Positions 37,346-50,965 of a DNA stretch of 64,000 nucleotides are shown piece by piece. The notes below the pieces were generated by a model. That model was given only the letters and a program-made list of their open reading frames with translations. It was not told the DNA's origin and did no database searches. Numbering within the stretch: position 1 is the stretch's first letter; every line of letters starts with the position of its first letter. Both the position numbers and the translations under genes were made by a program. The stretch is from Mobula hypostoma (Eukaryota): the NCBI RefSeq assembly GCF_963921235.1, contig NC_086097.1, positions 24,120,001 to 24,184,000 of the forward strand, in the 5' to 3' direction.

Positions 37346-38213
37346 CACTATCACCTTGCTACTTGTGGGATCTTGCTCAGCACAAAATAGTTGTTGTACT
37401 TCATAGATAACAATAGCATACTCTGAGCTGTCCTGTGAAAGGCACTGTATAAGTGCAGGTCTTTCTTTGACATACCTGTGTCATACAGATATGTAGGTGT
37501 TTTTGACCCCGTGGTGAGAACTGCTGTGAAATGAGAGAGCTGGTAACAACAAAGGTAAAGAAACATCTGGGGAGAAGCAGTCTGATACACCAGCAGCTTA
37601 TGTCAGCCAGATTTTAAAATGATCAAGTAAATGCTGACAATACTGTGCTTCAGTTGGTCAATTATCCTCCAGCTAATAGGCTCTAATTGTGATGCTAGAG
37701 AGAAGAGATGTCCATAATTATCAGAACAAGTAGAATTTTAAAATCATATCGACCATTTGCTGCGATGTGCTTAAATGGGAAGAGTGATGTGGGTATTGTG
37801 CAAAAGCTGGGATGCGAATTCAGGACAAGCCATGTTCTTGGGGAGTGCCTGGAATATGGAAGGAGCCGCTATTTGAGGTGTTAATGGATTGTTCTCATTA
37901 GAGTAACGGTCAGGGAGAGGGGATTTCATTGAGATTTTCAACATTATGTACAGTTTTGATGGATTAAATGAGCAGAAAGAGCTTACCGTGGCACGAGGAT
38001 TGATAGCTAGAGAACAAAGATATAAGATAATTGGCTAATGGAATCAGAGGTGAGCTGAGGAGAGGTTTTAGTGAATTATGATCAGGAACACACTGCCTGA
38101 AAGAGGTTCATTAACAAGTTTCAACAGGGAATAGAATCTATAAGGGTAGATGTTACAAAGTCTTAAGAAGTATTTACAGAACAGAAATGAGCCATTTGCC
38201 CCAGCATATTCAG

Positions 38214-38570
38214 AGTCAGAATCAGAATCTGAATCAGGTTTAATATCACCGGCATATGTCGTGAAACCTGTTAACTTAGTGCAGCAGTACAATGCCATAC
38301 ATGGTAATGTCAAAAAAAAGTAAATCAATTACAGTAAGCATATTAAATAGTTAAATTTAAAATAGTGTAAAAACAGAAATAATGCAAGTGAGGTAGTGTT
38401 CATGGGTTCAATGCCCATTTAGGAATTGGATGGCAGAGGGAAAGAAGCTGTTCCTGAATCATTCGGTGTGTACCCTCAGGATTCTGTACCTCCATCCTGA
38501 TGGTAGCAATGAGAAGAGGCATGTCCTGGGTAATGGGGGTCCTTAATGATGAACACAGCCCTTCTGAGTC
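38214..38570 (-). mobile_element. Rex1/Babar 3' end
   Basis: (AGAATC)n tail; near-identical in layout to 19313-19720 and 40180-40560. Confidence 0.8.
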
Positions 38571-40174
38571 CTGCCTCTGACCCACGTTATGCTAAACAGA
38601 AGCATGTTTGTGCCCTCCTACTTCGGGGCTCATCACCATCAATGCCTTCCTCCATCTTCTCCTCATCCGGCTTCTCCTGAAGTCAGTCTCTGTTAGTCCC
38701 CAGAACGACTTACATGGTGTTTATTTCACATTCTAAACATCTCCCCGGTAAATAGATTTCTCCTGAATTCACTGTTGGTTCTAATGATGTCTGATCCATA
38801 TTTATGTCGCCCATTCTATCCGCGCCCCCCCAGCAGATATGTCTTTGACATCTGACCAATTAAACTCCTCTGTTATCTTGGAGACTTCTGTCTAATCACC
38901 TCCTTTTTCAAGAGAAAATGCCCCCAGGCTCTTTATCCTTCTCTATGAGTGTAACCTTTCAAGTTTGTATATTACTCTTATTCCATCTCCAGTGTCACAG
39001 GGACTTCTCTGACACAGAGTGCAGAGCTATTCATTAAGATCATACCAAGGCTCTGGACAATATTGAGAACCAAAAAACTGCACTTGCTAGAAAACTGAAA
39101 TAAAAGCAGAAAAAAATGATGGAAATATGCAGCAGGTTAGGCAATGTCTTGGAAGAATGAAAGTTAACATTTCAGATTTCTGACCTGAAATATGAACCGT
39201 TTCTTGATCCATAGATTTATCTGATGTACTGAGTGTTTGCAACATGTTCTCCTTTTACTCTATATCACATAATTTCTTTGCTTTTCAATTTTGACCCTCT
39301 GCAATTTAACGCGGAGTTTTGCTGTGACTGTTCAGAATCAGAATTAGAATCACGTTTATTACCACTGGCACAGTTGTGAAATTTGTCAACTTCACAGCAG
39401 ATAATAGAGAGGAAAAAAAAAGTGAATATCAGTAAGTATATATATATATATATATATATAAAATAGTTAAATAAATGGTGCAAAAATAGGAAATAAAAAA
39501 GTCATGGGGTAGTGTTCATGGGTTCAATGTGTTGTTATGTCGTTGACTCTTGTTGCTGCTTTTGTATCTGCACCTCTAGATCTCTGAAATTAAGATTCAG
39601 GTTCAGATTGAATCTCTTCTTGCAGTCATAGAGTCATAGAATACTACAGCATAGAAACAGGCCCTTTGGCCCATCTAGTCCACGCTGAACCATTATTCTG
39701 CCTAGTCCCATTGGCCTGGAGCCAGACCATAGTCTGCCATACCTTTCCCATTCATGTTACTATCCAAACTTCTCTTAAATGTTGAAATTAAACCCACATT
39801 CACCACTTCTGTTGGTTCCTCATTCCACAATAACATCATCTTCTGAGTGAAGAATTTACCACTCAAGTTCTACTTAAATATTTCACTTTTCACCCTTAAC
39901 CTATGACCTTTAGTTCTAGTTACAAAGTGGAGCTTTTAACATTGTTTGACTTTGGCTGAGAGAGTTGTATGTTGAAGTGAATTTGGGATCATCTTCAACT
40001 CTGGCTCAGGTATAGGCTTGTTCTTAGTAATAACATTCTTAACAACTTCTGTCCCATTGCTGTCAGATTCTTGAACGGGCTTCTTGTACAATAAGATGGA
40101 CGCTTGATCTCACAATCTGTCTCATTATGATCTTGCACTATATTGCTTATCTCCTCTGCACTTTGGCAATTGAC

Positions 40175-42035
40175 AATCAGGTTTGTTAACCTAGCAGCAG
40201 CAGTTCAATGCAATACATAATCTAGCAGAGAAAATAATAATAATAATAAATAATAATAGTAAATAGACACTTAAACCAATTACGTATATTTCATAGATTT
40301 TAAAAAAATGTGCAAAAACACAAAAATTATATATTAAAAAAACGTGAGGTAGTGTCCAAAGATTCAATGTCCATTTCGGAATCGGATGGCAGAGGGGAAG
40401 AAGCTGTTTCTGAATCGCTGAGTGTGTGCCTTCAGGCTTCTGTATCTCCTACCTGATGGTAACAGTGAGAAAAGGGCATGCCCTGGGTGCTGGAGGTCCT
40501 TAATAATGGACGCTGCCTTTCTGAGACACTGCTCCCTAAAGATGTCCTGGGTACTTTGTAGGCTAGTACCCAAGATGGAGCTGACTAGATTTACAACCTT
40601 CTGCAGATTCTTTCGGACTGTGCAGTAGCCCCTCCATACCAGACAGTGATGCAGCCTGTCAGAATGCTGTCCACAGTATAACTATAGAAGTTTTTGAGTG
40701 TATTCGTTGACATGCCAAATCTCTTCAAACTCCTAATAAAGTATAGCCGCTTTCTTGCCTTCTTTATCGACATTGGGACCAGGATAGATCCTCAGAGATC
40801 TTGACACCGAGGAACTTGAACTTGAAGCTGCTCACTCTCTCCACTTCTGATCCCTCTATGAGGATTGGTATGTGTTCCTTCGTCTTACCCTTTCTGAAGT
40901 CCACAATCAGCTCTTCCGTCTTACTGACATTGAGTGCCAGGTTGTTGCTGTGGCACCACTCCACTAGTTGGCATTTCTCACGCCTGGACTCCCTCTCGTC
41001 ACCACCTGAGATTCTACCAACAATGGTTGTATCGTCAATAAATTTATGGATGGTATTTGAGCTATGCCTAGCCTCACAGTCATCTGTATATAGAGAGTAG
41101 AGCAGTGGGCTAAGCACACACTCCTGAGGTGCGCCAGTGTTGATCGTCAGCGAGGAGGATATGTTATCACCAATCTGCACAGACTGTGGTCTTCTGGTTA
41201 GGCAGTTGAAGATCCAGTTGCAGAGGGAGGCACAGAGGCCCAGGTTCTGCAACTTCTCAGTCAGGATTGTGGGAATGATGGTATTAAATGCTGAGCTATT
41301 GTCGATGAACGGCATCCTGATGTAGGTGTTTGTGTTGTCCAGATGGTCTAAAGCCGTGTGGAGAGCCATTAAGATTGCATCTACCATTGGCCTATTGTGG
41401 TGATGGGTCCAGGTCCTTGCTGAGGCAGGAGTTCAGTCTAGTCATGACTAACCTCTCAAAGCTTTTCATCATTGTCAATGTGAGTGCTACTAGGTGATAG
41501 TCATTCAGGCAACCCACAATATTCCTCTTAGGCACTGGTATAATTGTTGCCTTTTTGAAGCAAGTGGGAACTTCCACCTGTAGCAGTGAGAGGTTGAAAG
41601 TGTCCTTGAATGCTCCTGCCAGTTGGTTGGCACAGGTTTTCAGAGCCTTGCCAGGTACGCCATGGGGACTTTCCACCTTGCGAGGGTTGACTCTCTTTAA
41701 AGACAGCCTAACGTCAGCCTCTGAGACAGAGATCACAGTGTCATCAGGTGCAGCAGGGATCTTCACAGTTGCAGTTGTGTTCTCCCTTTCAAAGCGTGCA
41801 CAGAAGGCGTTGAGTTCATCTAGTAGTGGAGCATCACTGCCATTCATGCTATTAGGTTTCGCTTTGTAGGAAGTAATGTCTTGCAAATTCTGTCAGAGTT
41901 GCCCTGTATCTGATGTCACCTTCAACCTTGTTCCAAATTGTCTCTTCGCCCTTGAAATAGCCTCCGCAAATCATACCTGGGTCGCCAGACTTGAATGCCA
42001 CAGATCAAACCTTCAGCAGATGACGTACCTACTGG
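40175..42035 (-). mobile_element. Long Rex1/Babar fragment spanning the RT domain
   Basis: ORFs 41392..41886 (VP.CFK.ATIIPVPK..LNDY..VALT..MKSFERLV), 40764..41387 ([30 protein letters not shown]) and 40364..40573. Confidence 0.94.
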
Positions 42036-42164
42036 TCTGTAACCTTCACACTTTATTCTGCATTGTTATTGCTTTAACTTGTTCTACCTCAATGCGCTGT
42101 GTAATGATCTGATCTGTATGAGTAGAGTGTATGAAATTGTATGATACAAGCTTTTCACTGTTAC

Positions 42165-42720
42165 AAACAGAAGATATTCTGCAAACCTTGCGCAAAACAC
42201 ACAAAATGCAGGAGGAACTCAATAAGTCAGTCAGCATCCTTAATGGAGAATAAACAGTTGAGGTTTCAGGCCAAGGCCCTACACCAGGACTCAAAAGAAA
42301 AGGGACGGAAGACAAAATAAGAAGGCGGGAGAGGGAATGGAATACAAGCTAGAAGGGGAAACCACGTGCGGGGGGAGGTGGGATGAAGTATGAAGCTGTG
42401 AGGGATAGGTGAAATAGATAAAGGACTGAAGAAGAAGGAATCTGATAGGAGACAGCAATGGACTGTGGAAGAAGGGGAAGGAGGAGGGACCATAGGGAGG
42501 TGATGGCCATACGAGGAGGAGGGCTGAGAGGGTAACTAGAATCAGGAAAAGGAAAAAAAAAAGAAGGGGGAGGAGATAACTAGATTAGATAATATGAGGT
42601 AATTCTCCTCCAACCTGAACTTGGCCTCATCGTAGTAGTAGAGGAGGCCATGGGCAGACATGTTGGAAAGAGAATAGGAGGCAGAAATGAAATGGATGGT
42701 CATTGGGAGATCATTTCTTT
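42165..42720 (-). mobile_element. Penelope-like element 3' end (GIY-YIG C-terminus, UTR, decayed hammerhead)
   Basis: ORF 42542..42757 DLP...HF.S.S.S.S.MS.HGLLY..DEA..RLEE.YLI. Confidence 0.8.
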
Positions 42721-42919
42721 TGCATTCCTTTTCTCTGTATCTTGATACGTGTGACAATACTAAACCAATACCAACAATTAATAGCTACCCAGCCCAACCC
42801 AACTCATTGGTGATCTTCATGAGTGCAATCAGATATAGTGATTGCCATAGTCATATTGACTATCACAAATGGAAGTATTTTTACAGCCTGCTGAAAGATT
42901 TTTGTAAATAGATATAGCA

Positions 42920-43370
42920 TAGAACATAGGTCTGCAGGTCTTCCAGCCCATGATGTTGTCCTGATCTTTTAACCTGTTCCAGGATTAATCTCACTCTTCT
43001 GTCCCACATATCCCTCCATTTTTCTATCATCCATGTGCCTATCCAAGAGTTTCTTAAAAATCCCTAATGTATCAGTTTCTACCACTAACCCTGGCAGTGC
43101 ATTCCATGCACCCACCATTCTCTGTGTAAAGAACTTACCTCTGACATCGGCCCTATACTTTCCTCCAATCACCTTAAAATTATGCCTTGTTGTCTTAGCC
43201 ATTTCCACCCTGGGGAAAAGTCTTTGGCTGTCCACTCAGCCAATGCCTCTTGTCATCTTGTACACTTCTATCAAGTCATCTCTCATCTGCCTTCACTCCA
43301 AAGAGAAAAACCCTGGTTCACTGAGCCTATCTTCTTATGACATGTTCTCTAGTCCAGACAGCATCTTGGT
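42920..43370 (-). mobile_element. CR1 3' fragment
   Basis: ORF 42969..43235 LFPRVE...TR.HNFKV.G...FFTQRMV.AWNALP. Confidence 0.88.
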
Positions 43371-44586
43371 GTATTATTACAATGCAATTATGCAACTATT
43401 TGCAACGTGAAATATGTCGGTAACGTTGATAGTGCGCAGGCAAGGAAGAGATGAACAGCAAAATTCTCTTGGCACACATTTGCTTACGGGTGGTCGGTGG
43501 TTTGAAGTGGTGCTCGATCACAGTCATTGAGAAAGCAGCCTTTTATTGGATTTCCCCTGTGCTGAAAAAAAAAATCCTCTTAAATATCACTCCACTGTTA
43601 TTATTTTTGTTTGGAAGTGAAGCACTAAACCCCGCTGTTGTCCAGGCTTGGCACGGCCCACAGCAGAGCTAAAAACATGGCTCGATCAGAGCACTGAGAC
43701 ACAAACTTGGCACATGTTCCCTCTTCCCAGCATCTTAGGAGTTGAACAGTATCACAGCAGTGTGTGGGAAGCCAATGCGAGCATTTCCAAAGCCCTTTTA
43801 ATGATCTGGACATCTGCTGTACAAAATGGGGAACTGGGAACAGAGTCAAAAACTGCTTAGAATTTGCATTTGGGTCAGTTGATGGTCTTCAGTGGTGACT
43901 CTAGGAAGAATGGCACCATAGCTTGGCTTCCTGAACGATTTCTGGTCTCTACCAGAAAGTCTGCCAAGGCCTTAGAGTGAATACAGGCCAAAGGTTTTAC
44001 CGGCATGATTCCAGGGATGAGGAATTTCTTTGCCTGTTGAGAAAGGAAAAGCTCATACTCTATGCCTTGGTAGAGAAGTCTCAAGAGAAGATTTGATAGA
44101 GACATGAAAATATTTATTTTTGTTTGTTTAGATACAGCACAGTAACATGGATACAGTGTATGGTCGTGTACTTCCATGGAAGGAATAAAGACATAGATTA
44201 TTTTCTAAATGTGAGGCAATTTCAGAAGTCCGAGGTGCAAAAGGACTTGGGAGTCCTTATGCAGGATTCCCTAAAGATTAACTTGCAGGTTGAGTCAGTA
44301 GTAAGGAAGGCAATTGCCTTCCATTTTGAGAGGACTTGGATATAAAAGCAAGGATATAATGCTGAGATTTTATAAGGCATAGATCAGGCCACATTTAAGC
44401 AGCTTTGAGCCCCATAGTTAATAAATGATGCACTGTCGTTGGAGAAGGTTCAGAGGAAGTTCACAAGAATGATTCTGGGAACTGAAGGGTTACCGTATGA
44501 GCAGCGTTTGATGGCTCTGGGCCTGTACACACTGGAGTTTAGAAGAATGAGGGGGTTCCCATTGAAACCTACTGAATATTGAAAAG

Positions 44587-44840
44587 AGGAACTTAGCAAT
44601 TCAGGCAGCAACTATGGAGGGAAGTAAGCAGATAAGCAGTCAAATTTTCAGGCTGAGACACTTCATCAAGACTGCATGATGAAGTGCAGTCCTGATGAAA
44701 AGTTGCAGTCCTGAGGAAGGGTCTCAGTCCAAAACATCGACTGCTTATTCCTCCCCACAGATGCAGCCTAATCTGTTGAGTTCTTCCAGCACTTGGTGTG
44801 TGTTGCTCAAAATTTCTAGCCTCTGCAGAATCTTTTGTGT
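44587..44840. mobile_element. Fold-back Penelope terminal-repeat pair with reiterated hammerhead 5' halves
   Basis: cttcatcaagactgc ... gcagtcctgatga ... gcagtcctgaggaagggtctcagtccaaaacatcgactgc. Confidence 0.8.
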
Positions 44841-45063
44841 GAAATTGAAAAGCCCAAATGTTTCCGAGGATGTTTCCAATAGTTAGGACTAGACGGCACA
44901 GCCTCAGAATAGAAGGGCATCTCTTTTCAATAGCAATAAGGAAGAATTTCTTTAGTCAGATGGTGGTGAATCTGTAAAATTCATTGCCACAGATGGGTGT
45001 CGTTGATTTGCTTTTTAGCTAGTTTGGCACAACATTGCATGCTGTATTTTCTATGTTCTAGAT

Positions 45064-46265
45064 TAGGGGTCCCCAACCTTTTTTGCACTGCGGACCGGTT
45101 TAATATTGACAATATTCTTGCAGACCGGCTGACGGTGGGGGGGGGGGGGCGCGGGGGGAGGAGGTAGGGTTGCCAACGGACAAGAGTAGCAGTCAAATAC
45201 GTTGGGTTCATCCCGAGAAAGACTACAATGACCATGAAGCCTTGCGCGGGCACCAGTGTGTATACGTGTTGTACGTGCCGATTTTTCCTGCAAATCGTTT
45301 TTGGCGATTCTGTTCGGTGGGGGAGGGGGTGGTGGTGTTGATCACGACCGGAATATAGATGATAAGTGGCTAATATACTCAATTTCATTTCTGAAAGGGT
45401 TTATCTAACGAATTTAATATTAAACACAGCGCATATTTTGCTCGCATGAATATAGTGATAAGTCAATTATCAGGGGAGGACAGTGGAGCTTGAAGTAAGT
45501 GTGGAACGAACTTCCAGTAGAAGTGGTAGAGGCAGATTCGATATTATCATTTAAAGAAAAATTGGATAGGTATATGGACAGGAAAGGAATGGAGGGTTAT
45601 GGGCCGAGTGCAGGTCGGTGGGACTAGGTGAGAGTAGCGTTCAGCATGGACTAGAAGGGCAGAGATGGCCTGTTTCTGTGCTGTAATTGTTATATGGTTA
45701 TATAAGTCAATAGCATCATAACATTTCAAGTAACGTTTAGATATTAAACACACAGCATATATTTTCCCCGTATGAACATATAAAATCATTGCACCACACC
45801 AATATCGCTGAATCAGTGGGAGCCCTGGGCTTGTTTCCCTGCAACAAGACGGTGCCATCGAGGGATGATGGGAGACAGCGATACTCAAACAGGGTTCCTT
45901 ATGTCCCGTTTATTCCGCAATTTAGTTTTCCTTGCATTCGTTGCAGAGATATGTTGGAAATGGAAGCAACGTTTTCAGTGCTTTTGTGGCTATCTCACGA
46001 TATTTATCCTTGACCTTGATCCAGAATGCCGGCAGAGATGTTATGTCAAACATACTTTTCAGCCCACCGTCACTTGCAAGCTCGGGGAGCTGATTTTCTT
46101 CCCGCGCTGACATGGATGATGCGCGGGTAATGACCTCGCGTGCATTCAAGCTCAACAGTGGGTGTGACAGGGAATGAGGAAAGATGCAGCTGACTCATAT
46201 CGCCAAATCATATTGTTTCCTCGTGGCCCAGTACCGGTCCATGGCCCGGTGGTTGGGGACCGCTG
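45064..46265 (-). mobile_element. Second copy of the composite hAT-Charlie element, inverted
   Basis: TIRs taggggtccccaacc / ggttggggaccgctg; perfect 8-bp TSD TTCTAGAT (45056-45063 and 46266-46273); ORF 45922..46155 FWIKVK..Y.EIATKALKTLLPFPTYLC. Confidence 0.94.
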
Positions 46266-47259
46266 TTCTAGATGACTGTGGAGGCCAAATCATTGGTTAT
46301 ATTTAAATTGGAGGTTGATACATTCTTGATTAAGAAGGGTATCAAAGATGAGAAACATAGAAACATAGAAAACCTGCAGCACAATACAGGCACTTCGGCT
46401 CACAAAGCTGTGCTGAACATGTCCTTACCTTAGAAATTACCTAGGGTTACCCATAGCCCTCTATTTTTCTGAGCTCCGTGTACCTGTCCAGGAGTCTCTT
46501 AAAAGACCCTATTGTATTTGCCTCCACCACCATCGCTGACAGCCCATTCTACATACTCACGATTCTCTGTGTAAAAAACTTACCCCTGACATCTCCTCTG
46601 TACCTGCTTCCAAGCACTTTAAAACTGTGCCCTCTGGTGCTAGCCATTCCAGTCCTGAGAAAGAACCTCTGACTATCCACATAATCAATGCCTCTCATAA
46701 TCTTATATGGGCAGAAGGCAGGAGAATGGAGTTGAGAGGGATGATAAACCAGACTCAGTGGAGTGAAGGATCTAATTCTGCTCCTATGTCTTATGGGCTA
46801 GTAGTCTATTGGCCAGGGCACAGGGACATTGCTGTTTTTGGCTTGTTGGCAAAATATTACTATCATATTTGCCAAAATCCCTGTAATCTGAAAAGTGATC
46901 CATTTTGTGAACTATTTCTGTGCTTGAAATGATAGTGTTCAACCTTTTTTGTGTCAATATGCTTCCCGATTCAAACATTTTATCATTACAAACTTGCAAA
47001 TAATAATCAGATGTTGGGCTCAAAAACTAGGTTTTAACCTACCCTCTTGGTAAATTACACCCTATCCAGTCTAAGGACCATTGATGTCAATGGGATTTTG
47101 GTCCAATTTTGAGGAAGCTCGGTTGTTGAGATCTAACCATTGTTGTACCCAGAGGAGCCAATTAAGAAATTGCTAAATTAAGTCTGCTCCTGAATGAAGT
47201 GGATCTAAAAGTGATGAGAAACACTGAAGCATTTTCAAAGAAGATTGGGAACTGAAAAA

Positions 47260-48135
47260 TTACTGCTAGGAGACTGAGGGCTTATTTTACAGAGGTGTTA
47301 AAGTCATGAAGTGCGTAGATAGGATGAATAACATATGACCTTTTCCCCCCAGGGTTATGGAACAAGCAACTAGAGGGAATAGGTCTAAGGTAAGGGGGGA
47401 AAGATTTAAGAGGAAACTGAGCGGCAACTTGTTTTACACAAAGGTTGGTATTAATGTGGAATAAGCAGCCAGAGGTAGTAACTGAGGAGCGTACAATAAG
47501 AGTTTTGAGAAGTCAGTTGTAGAGATACAAGTCATAGATTCATAAAGCACTACAGTACAGAAGCAGGCCTGGTCTTCTGCCTCGTCCCATCTACCTGAAC
47601 TTGGACCATATCCCTCCAGACATCTCTCAACCACGTATCTATCCAAACTGCTCTTGAATGTTACAATTGAACTGGTATCTACCACTTCAACATTAAATGT
47701 ACCTTTGAATCCTTTGAAAGCATATTTTCTGAAGCCAATATAAGACCATAATTTACATCTATCTAAGTATAAAATGGGCATCTTGGTCAACATGAAGCAG
47801 TAAGGGCATTTTTCCATGATGTATGACTCTATGACCCTATTCATTTTCTTGTGGCTAAGGTTTTCAGAGTGTTGCAATCATGATTTGATTTCTTCAGCCA
47901 AAGGATGATAAGTCTATGGAATTCATTGCCACAGATGGCTGTGGAGGGGAAGTCATTGGGTATATTGGAGATCGATAGGTTTTTGATTTGCAAGGGATGG
48001 GTCAAAAGTTATGGGGAGAAGGCAGGAGAATGAGGTCAAGGGGTAATAAATCACTCATGATGCAATGATAGAGCAGACTTGATAGGCCAGATGACCCAAT
48101 TCTGCTCCTCTGTCTTAAGGTCTTATGGTCTTATG
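47260..48135. mobile_element. Cluster of CR1 3' fragments
   Basis: CR1 UTR blocks at 47260-47520 (+), 47530-47690 (-) and 47915-48135 (+). Confidence 0.7.
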
Positions 48136-48959
48136 ATTTGTGGTGGCTCCTGATAATCATTTAAGGACCTTAATACTTGAAAGAAGAGAGTTGGAGAAGT
48201 TTTAATTCACTTATAACTTCATTAAATGTCTAAAACCACCATCTGTCCCAAAAGCACTGGGACTATCAGGTGACTCCTGAGTACATTGTGCCCTTCCCTG
48301 CCCTGGTAAGACCAGGGAAAATACTGCAGATGATGGAAACCTAAAATCAAAAACAGAGAATGCTGGAGTTACTCGGCAGGTTAAATTGAATCGGTGCAGA
48401 GACAAACAGAGTTAATGCTTCAAGTCGAAGACCTAAACTCTTCTGGTGAAAGCATATTGACCTGAAGCATTAACTCTATTCCTTCTCAACAGATGTTCGA
48501 TTCAGATTCATTTACTTATCACACGTATACAGGGAAACGTACAGTGAAATGCATCATTTGCGTTAATAGCCAACACAACCGAAGGATGTGCTGGGGCAGC
48601 CCACAAGTGTCGTGACACATTTCGGCGCCAACATAGCATGCCCACTACGTTCAGCAGAACAGCACAAGAAACACAGCAACACAACAAAAGCAACAAAAGA
48701 AAACAACAGCAGCAAACACAAACCCCTTTCGTCCTTCACACCTACCTACTCACACCTCATTTTCTTTGTGATTGCATCAATCTGTTGGAATAGCACAGAT
48801 CCTCAGGTACGTTGACACCCAGAAACTGTTGACACCATGACTCTATGAATCTAGCAAGCAGAATGGGCAAATAATTGGCAAACACTCAACACACAGATAA
48901 GTATGGATTACTATATTAGTAAGAAGACCAGGGAGGTCTTTAAAGAGAATGTTGCAGAT

Positions 48960-49170
48960 AGTACAGCTGTCTCACTGCTCCAGTGATCCTGGGTCAATCC
49001 TCAGTGTGATGTCCTTGTGGAGTTCTCCCTGTTGCCATATGGGCTTCCCAAGTGCTCTGGTTTTCACACACATCCCAAGGACGTGTTGACACGTTCTCTC
49101 TGTGATCACGTGGTCATCCTCTGGGTGCTCAGTTTTTTTTCCCCACATCCCAAAGATGTGTGCTGGTTGA
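48960..49170 (+). mobile_element. V-SINE remnant with two V-domain segments
   Basis: tgtggagttctccctgt...catcccaagg, repeated as acgttctctctgtga...cccacatcccaaag. Confidence 0.55.
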
Positions 49171-49611
49171 GCCACTTACTGGCTGCTGTAATTGAATATT
49201 TTGCCTTGATGTAAAACTGGGAGTTATTGCCCAAACATTTCAGCAGCTCCATTTTTGCTCCAGGTTCCCGCACTTGCAGTCCCTTGTGCCTCCAGTTGTC
49301 CAAACTGCTCCAAAAATAATATGGGTAGAAAATAAAAATGGCCACTTACCCCTTTGGCCCCGTTCTGCTCTTTGGCAAAATGGCAGTGGTCCTCTGCGTA
49401 AGTTGTATCTATTTTACTGTCCTTTATTCCTAGCATCCAATGTCAACGCTTGTCAAACTTTGGTCTTCCTGTGGAATTTGGAATTCTTGTGAAAGCATTA
49501 TGTTACCATAATTTGTTTTTTTATTGCATCTTTTCCTGTCTGGTAAAATAATATTTTTAATAAGGTAGATGAAAAACTTCTATTCATCTTGCATGTAGTG
49601 AAAAGATTACA

Positions 49612-49915
49612 GATTAGCTTTATTTGTCACTTGTACATCGAACGATCATACAGTGAAATGTGTTGTTTGTGTTATCGTTTATGACGTGCTGGGGCCAAGC
49701 CCGCAAGTGTCGCCACACTTCCAGCGCCAACATAGCACGCCCGTAACTGACAAACCCTAACCGTACATCTTTGGAATGTGGGAGAAAACTGGGACAATGA
49801 GAGGAAACCCATGCAGTCACGGGGAAAACGTACCAACTCATTACAGTCAGTGGCAGGAGTTGAATTCTTACCAGTGACGCTGTAAAAAGATTACCTTAAC
49901 CGCTATGCTACTGTC
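49612..49915 (-). mobile_element. V-domain SINE, near full length
   Basis: Tail agattagctttatttgtcac, V-domain and tRNA-like head. Confidence 0.78.
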
Positions 49916-50498
49916 CCAGCCCATGCTGTACTGTTCTGTGATCTAAGCACTCTTTTTTTTGAGGCAGAAGGAGTTTATAATTCTTCAGATGCTCAGCCTG
50001 CATGCCTGTCATCAGACACTCTCCCAGAATCCCACTCTTCTGGGGGCAGGATTGACGTCACTGGAACGTCAATCAATAGCAAAACAACCTCCTCTGTTGT
50101 TAACTGGTTGACGTACTGCTGAACTTTTCTGGGAGAGGCACAGAATGATGATTGAATGCTAATTACTCCTTAACACAATTGTAATGTTAACTGTGGCTGT
50201 GTGTTTGTACAGTATATCATGGAGTGTAAGTCATGCTGTGATATTATGTAAGCTGCTTAGATGAGTAAAGGTCTATATAACTTAATCAAGTGGTGCTTAA
50301 CCCTTTCTGTACTGTCCAGAACTCAAATCATCATTCAACCAGATTAAGCTGAATGCTTTGACTAACTGAATAAGAAGTGGTTCTTATCACAAAGTAAATC
50401 ATCTCTGCAAGCAGGTGTACTGGATTCCAGTGAAATGTGTAGACCCCTCACAGGGTTGATGGGGTCAGAATCAGAAACCGGCTTACTGTCACTAACTT

Positions 50499-50737
50499 AC
50501 ACTCAGTGGCCAATTTATTGGGTACACCTGTACACCTTTTTAATGCAAATATCTAATCAGCCAATCGTGTGGCTGCAACTCAATGCATAAAAGCATGCAG
50601 ACATGGTCAAGAGGTTCAGTTGTTGTTCAGTACAAACATCAGAACAGTGAAGAATTTTAATCTAAGTGACATTGACCATTACATGATACTTGGTGCCAGA
50701 CGGGGTGGCTTGAGTGTCTCAGAAACTGCTGGTCTCC
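50499..50737 (+). mobile_element. Tc1/mariner 5' fragment
   Basis: TA then cactcagtggccaatttattgggtac terminus; LSDID..MI.GARRGGLS.SETA.LL paired-like HTH start in ORF 50569..50793. Confidence 0.75.
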
Positions 50738-50779
50738 TGAGAAGAGGGCATGTCCTGGATAGTGGGGTAGCCATGGGTG

Positions 50780-50965
50780 ACACAGTAAAATAGCTGTTCG
50801 TGCAGTCACTCTGCAGCACTGGTGATCTCCATTTGGGGTTTGATTCCCACTGCTGTCTATGAGAAGTTTGTACGTTCCCCCTGTGGCCGTGTGGGTTTTC
50901 TTCAGGTGCTCTAGATACCTCCCACAGTCCAAAGATGTACAAGTTAGGAGATTAATTAGCGGCAT
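50780..50965 (+). mobile_element. V-domain SINE fragment
   Basis: agtttgtacgttcccc...gtgggtttt...cctcccacagtccaaagatg. Confidence 0.75.

Larger units (their letters stand above)
44150..46800 (+). mobile_element. CR1 3' fragment hosting Penelope, Charlie and a second CR1 (46353-46705, minus) insertion
   Basis: EVQKDLGVLMQDSLK..LQVESVVRKA; UTR resumes at 46274 (gactgtggaggccaa) and ~46710. Confidence 0.78.
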
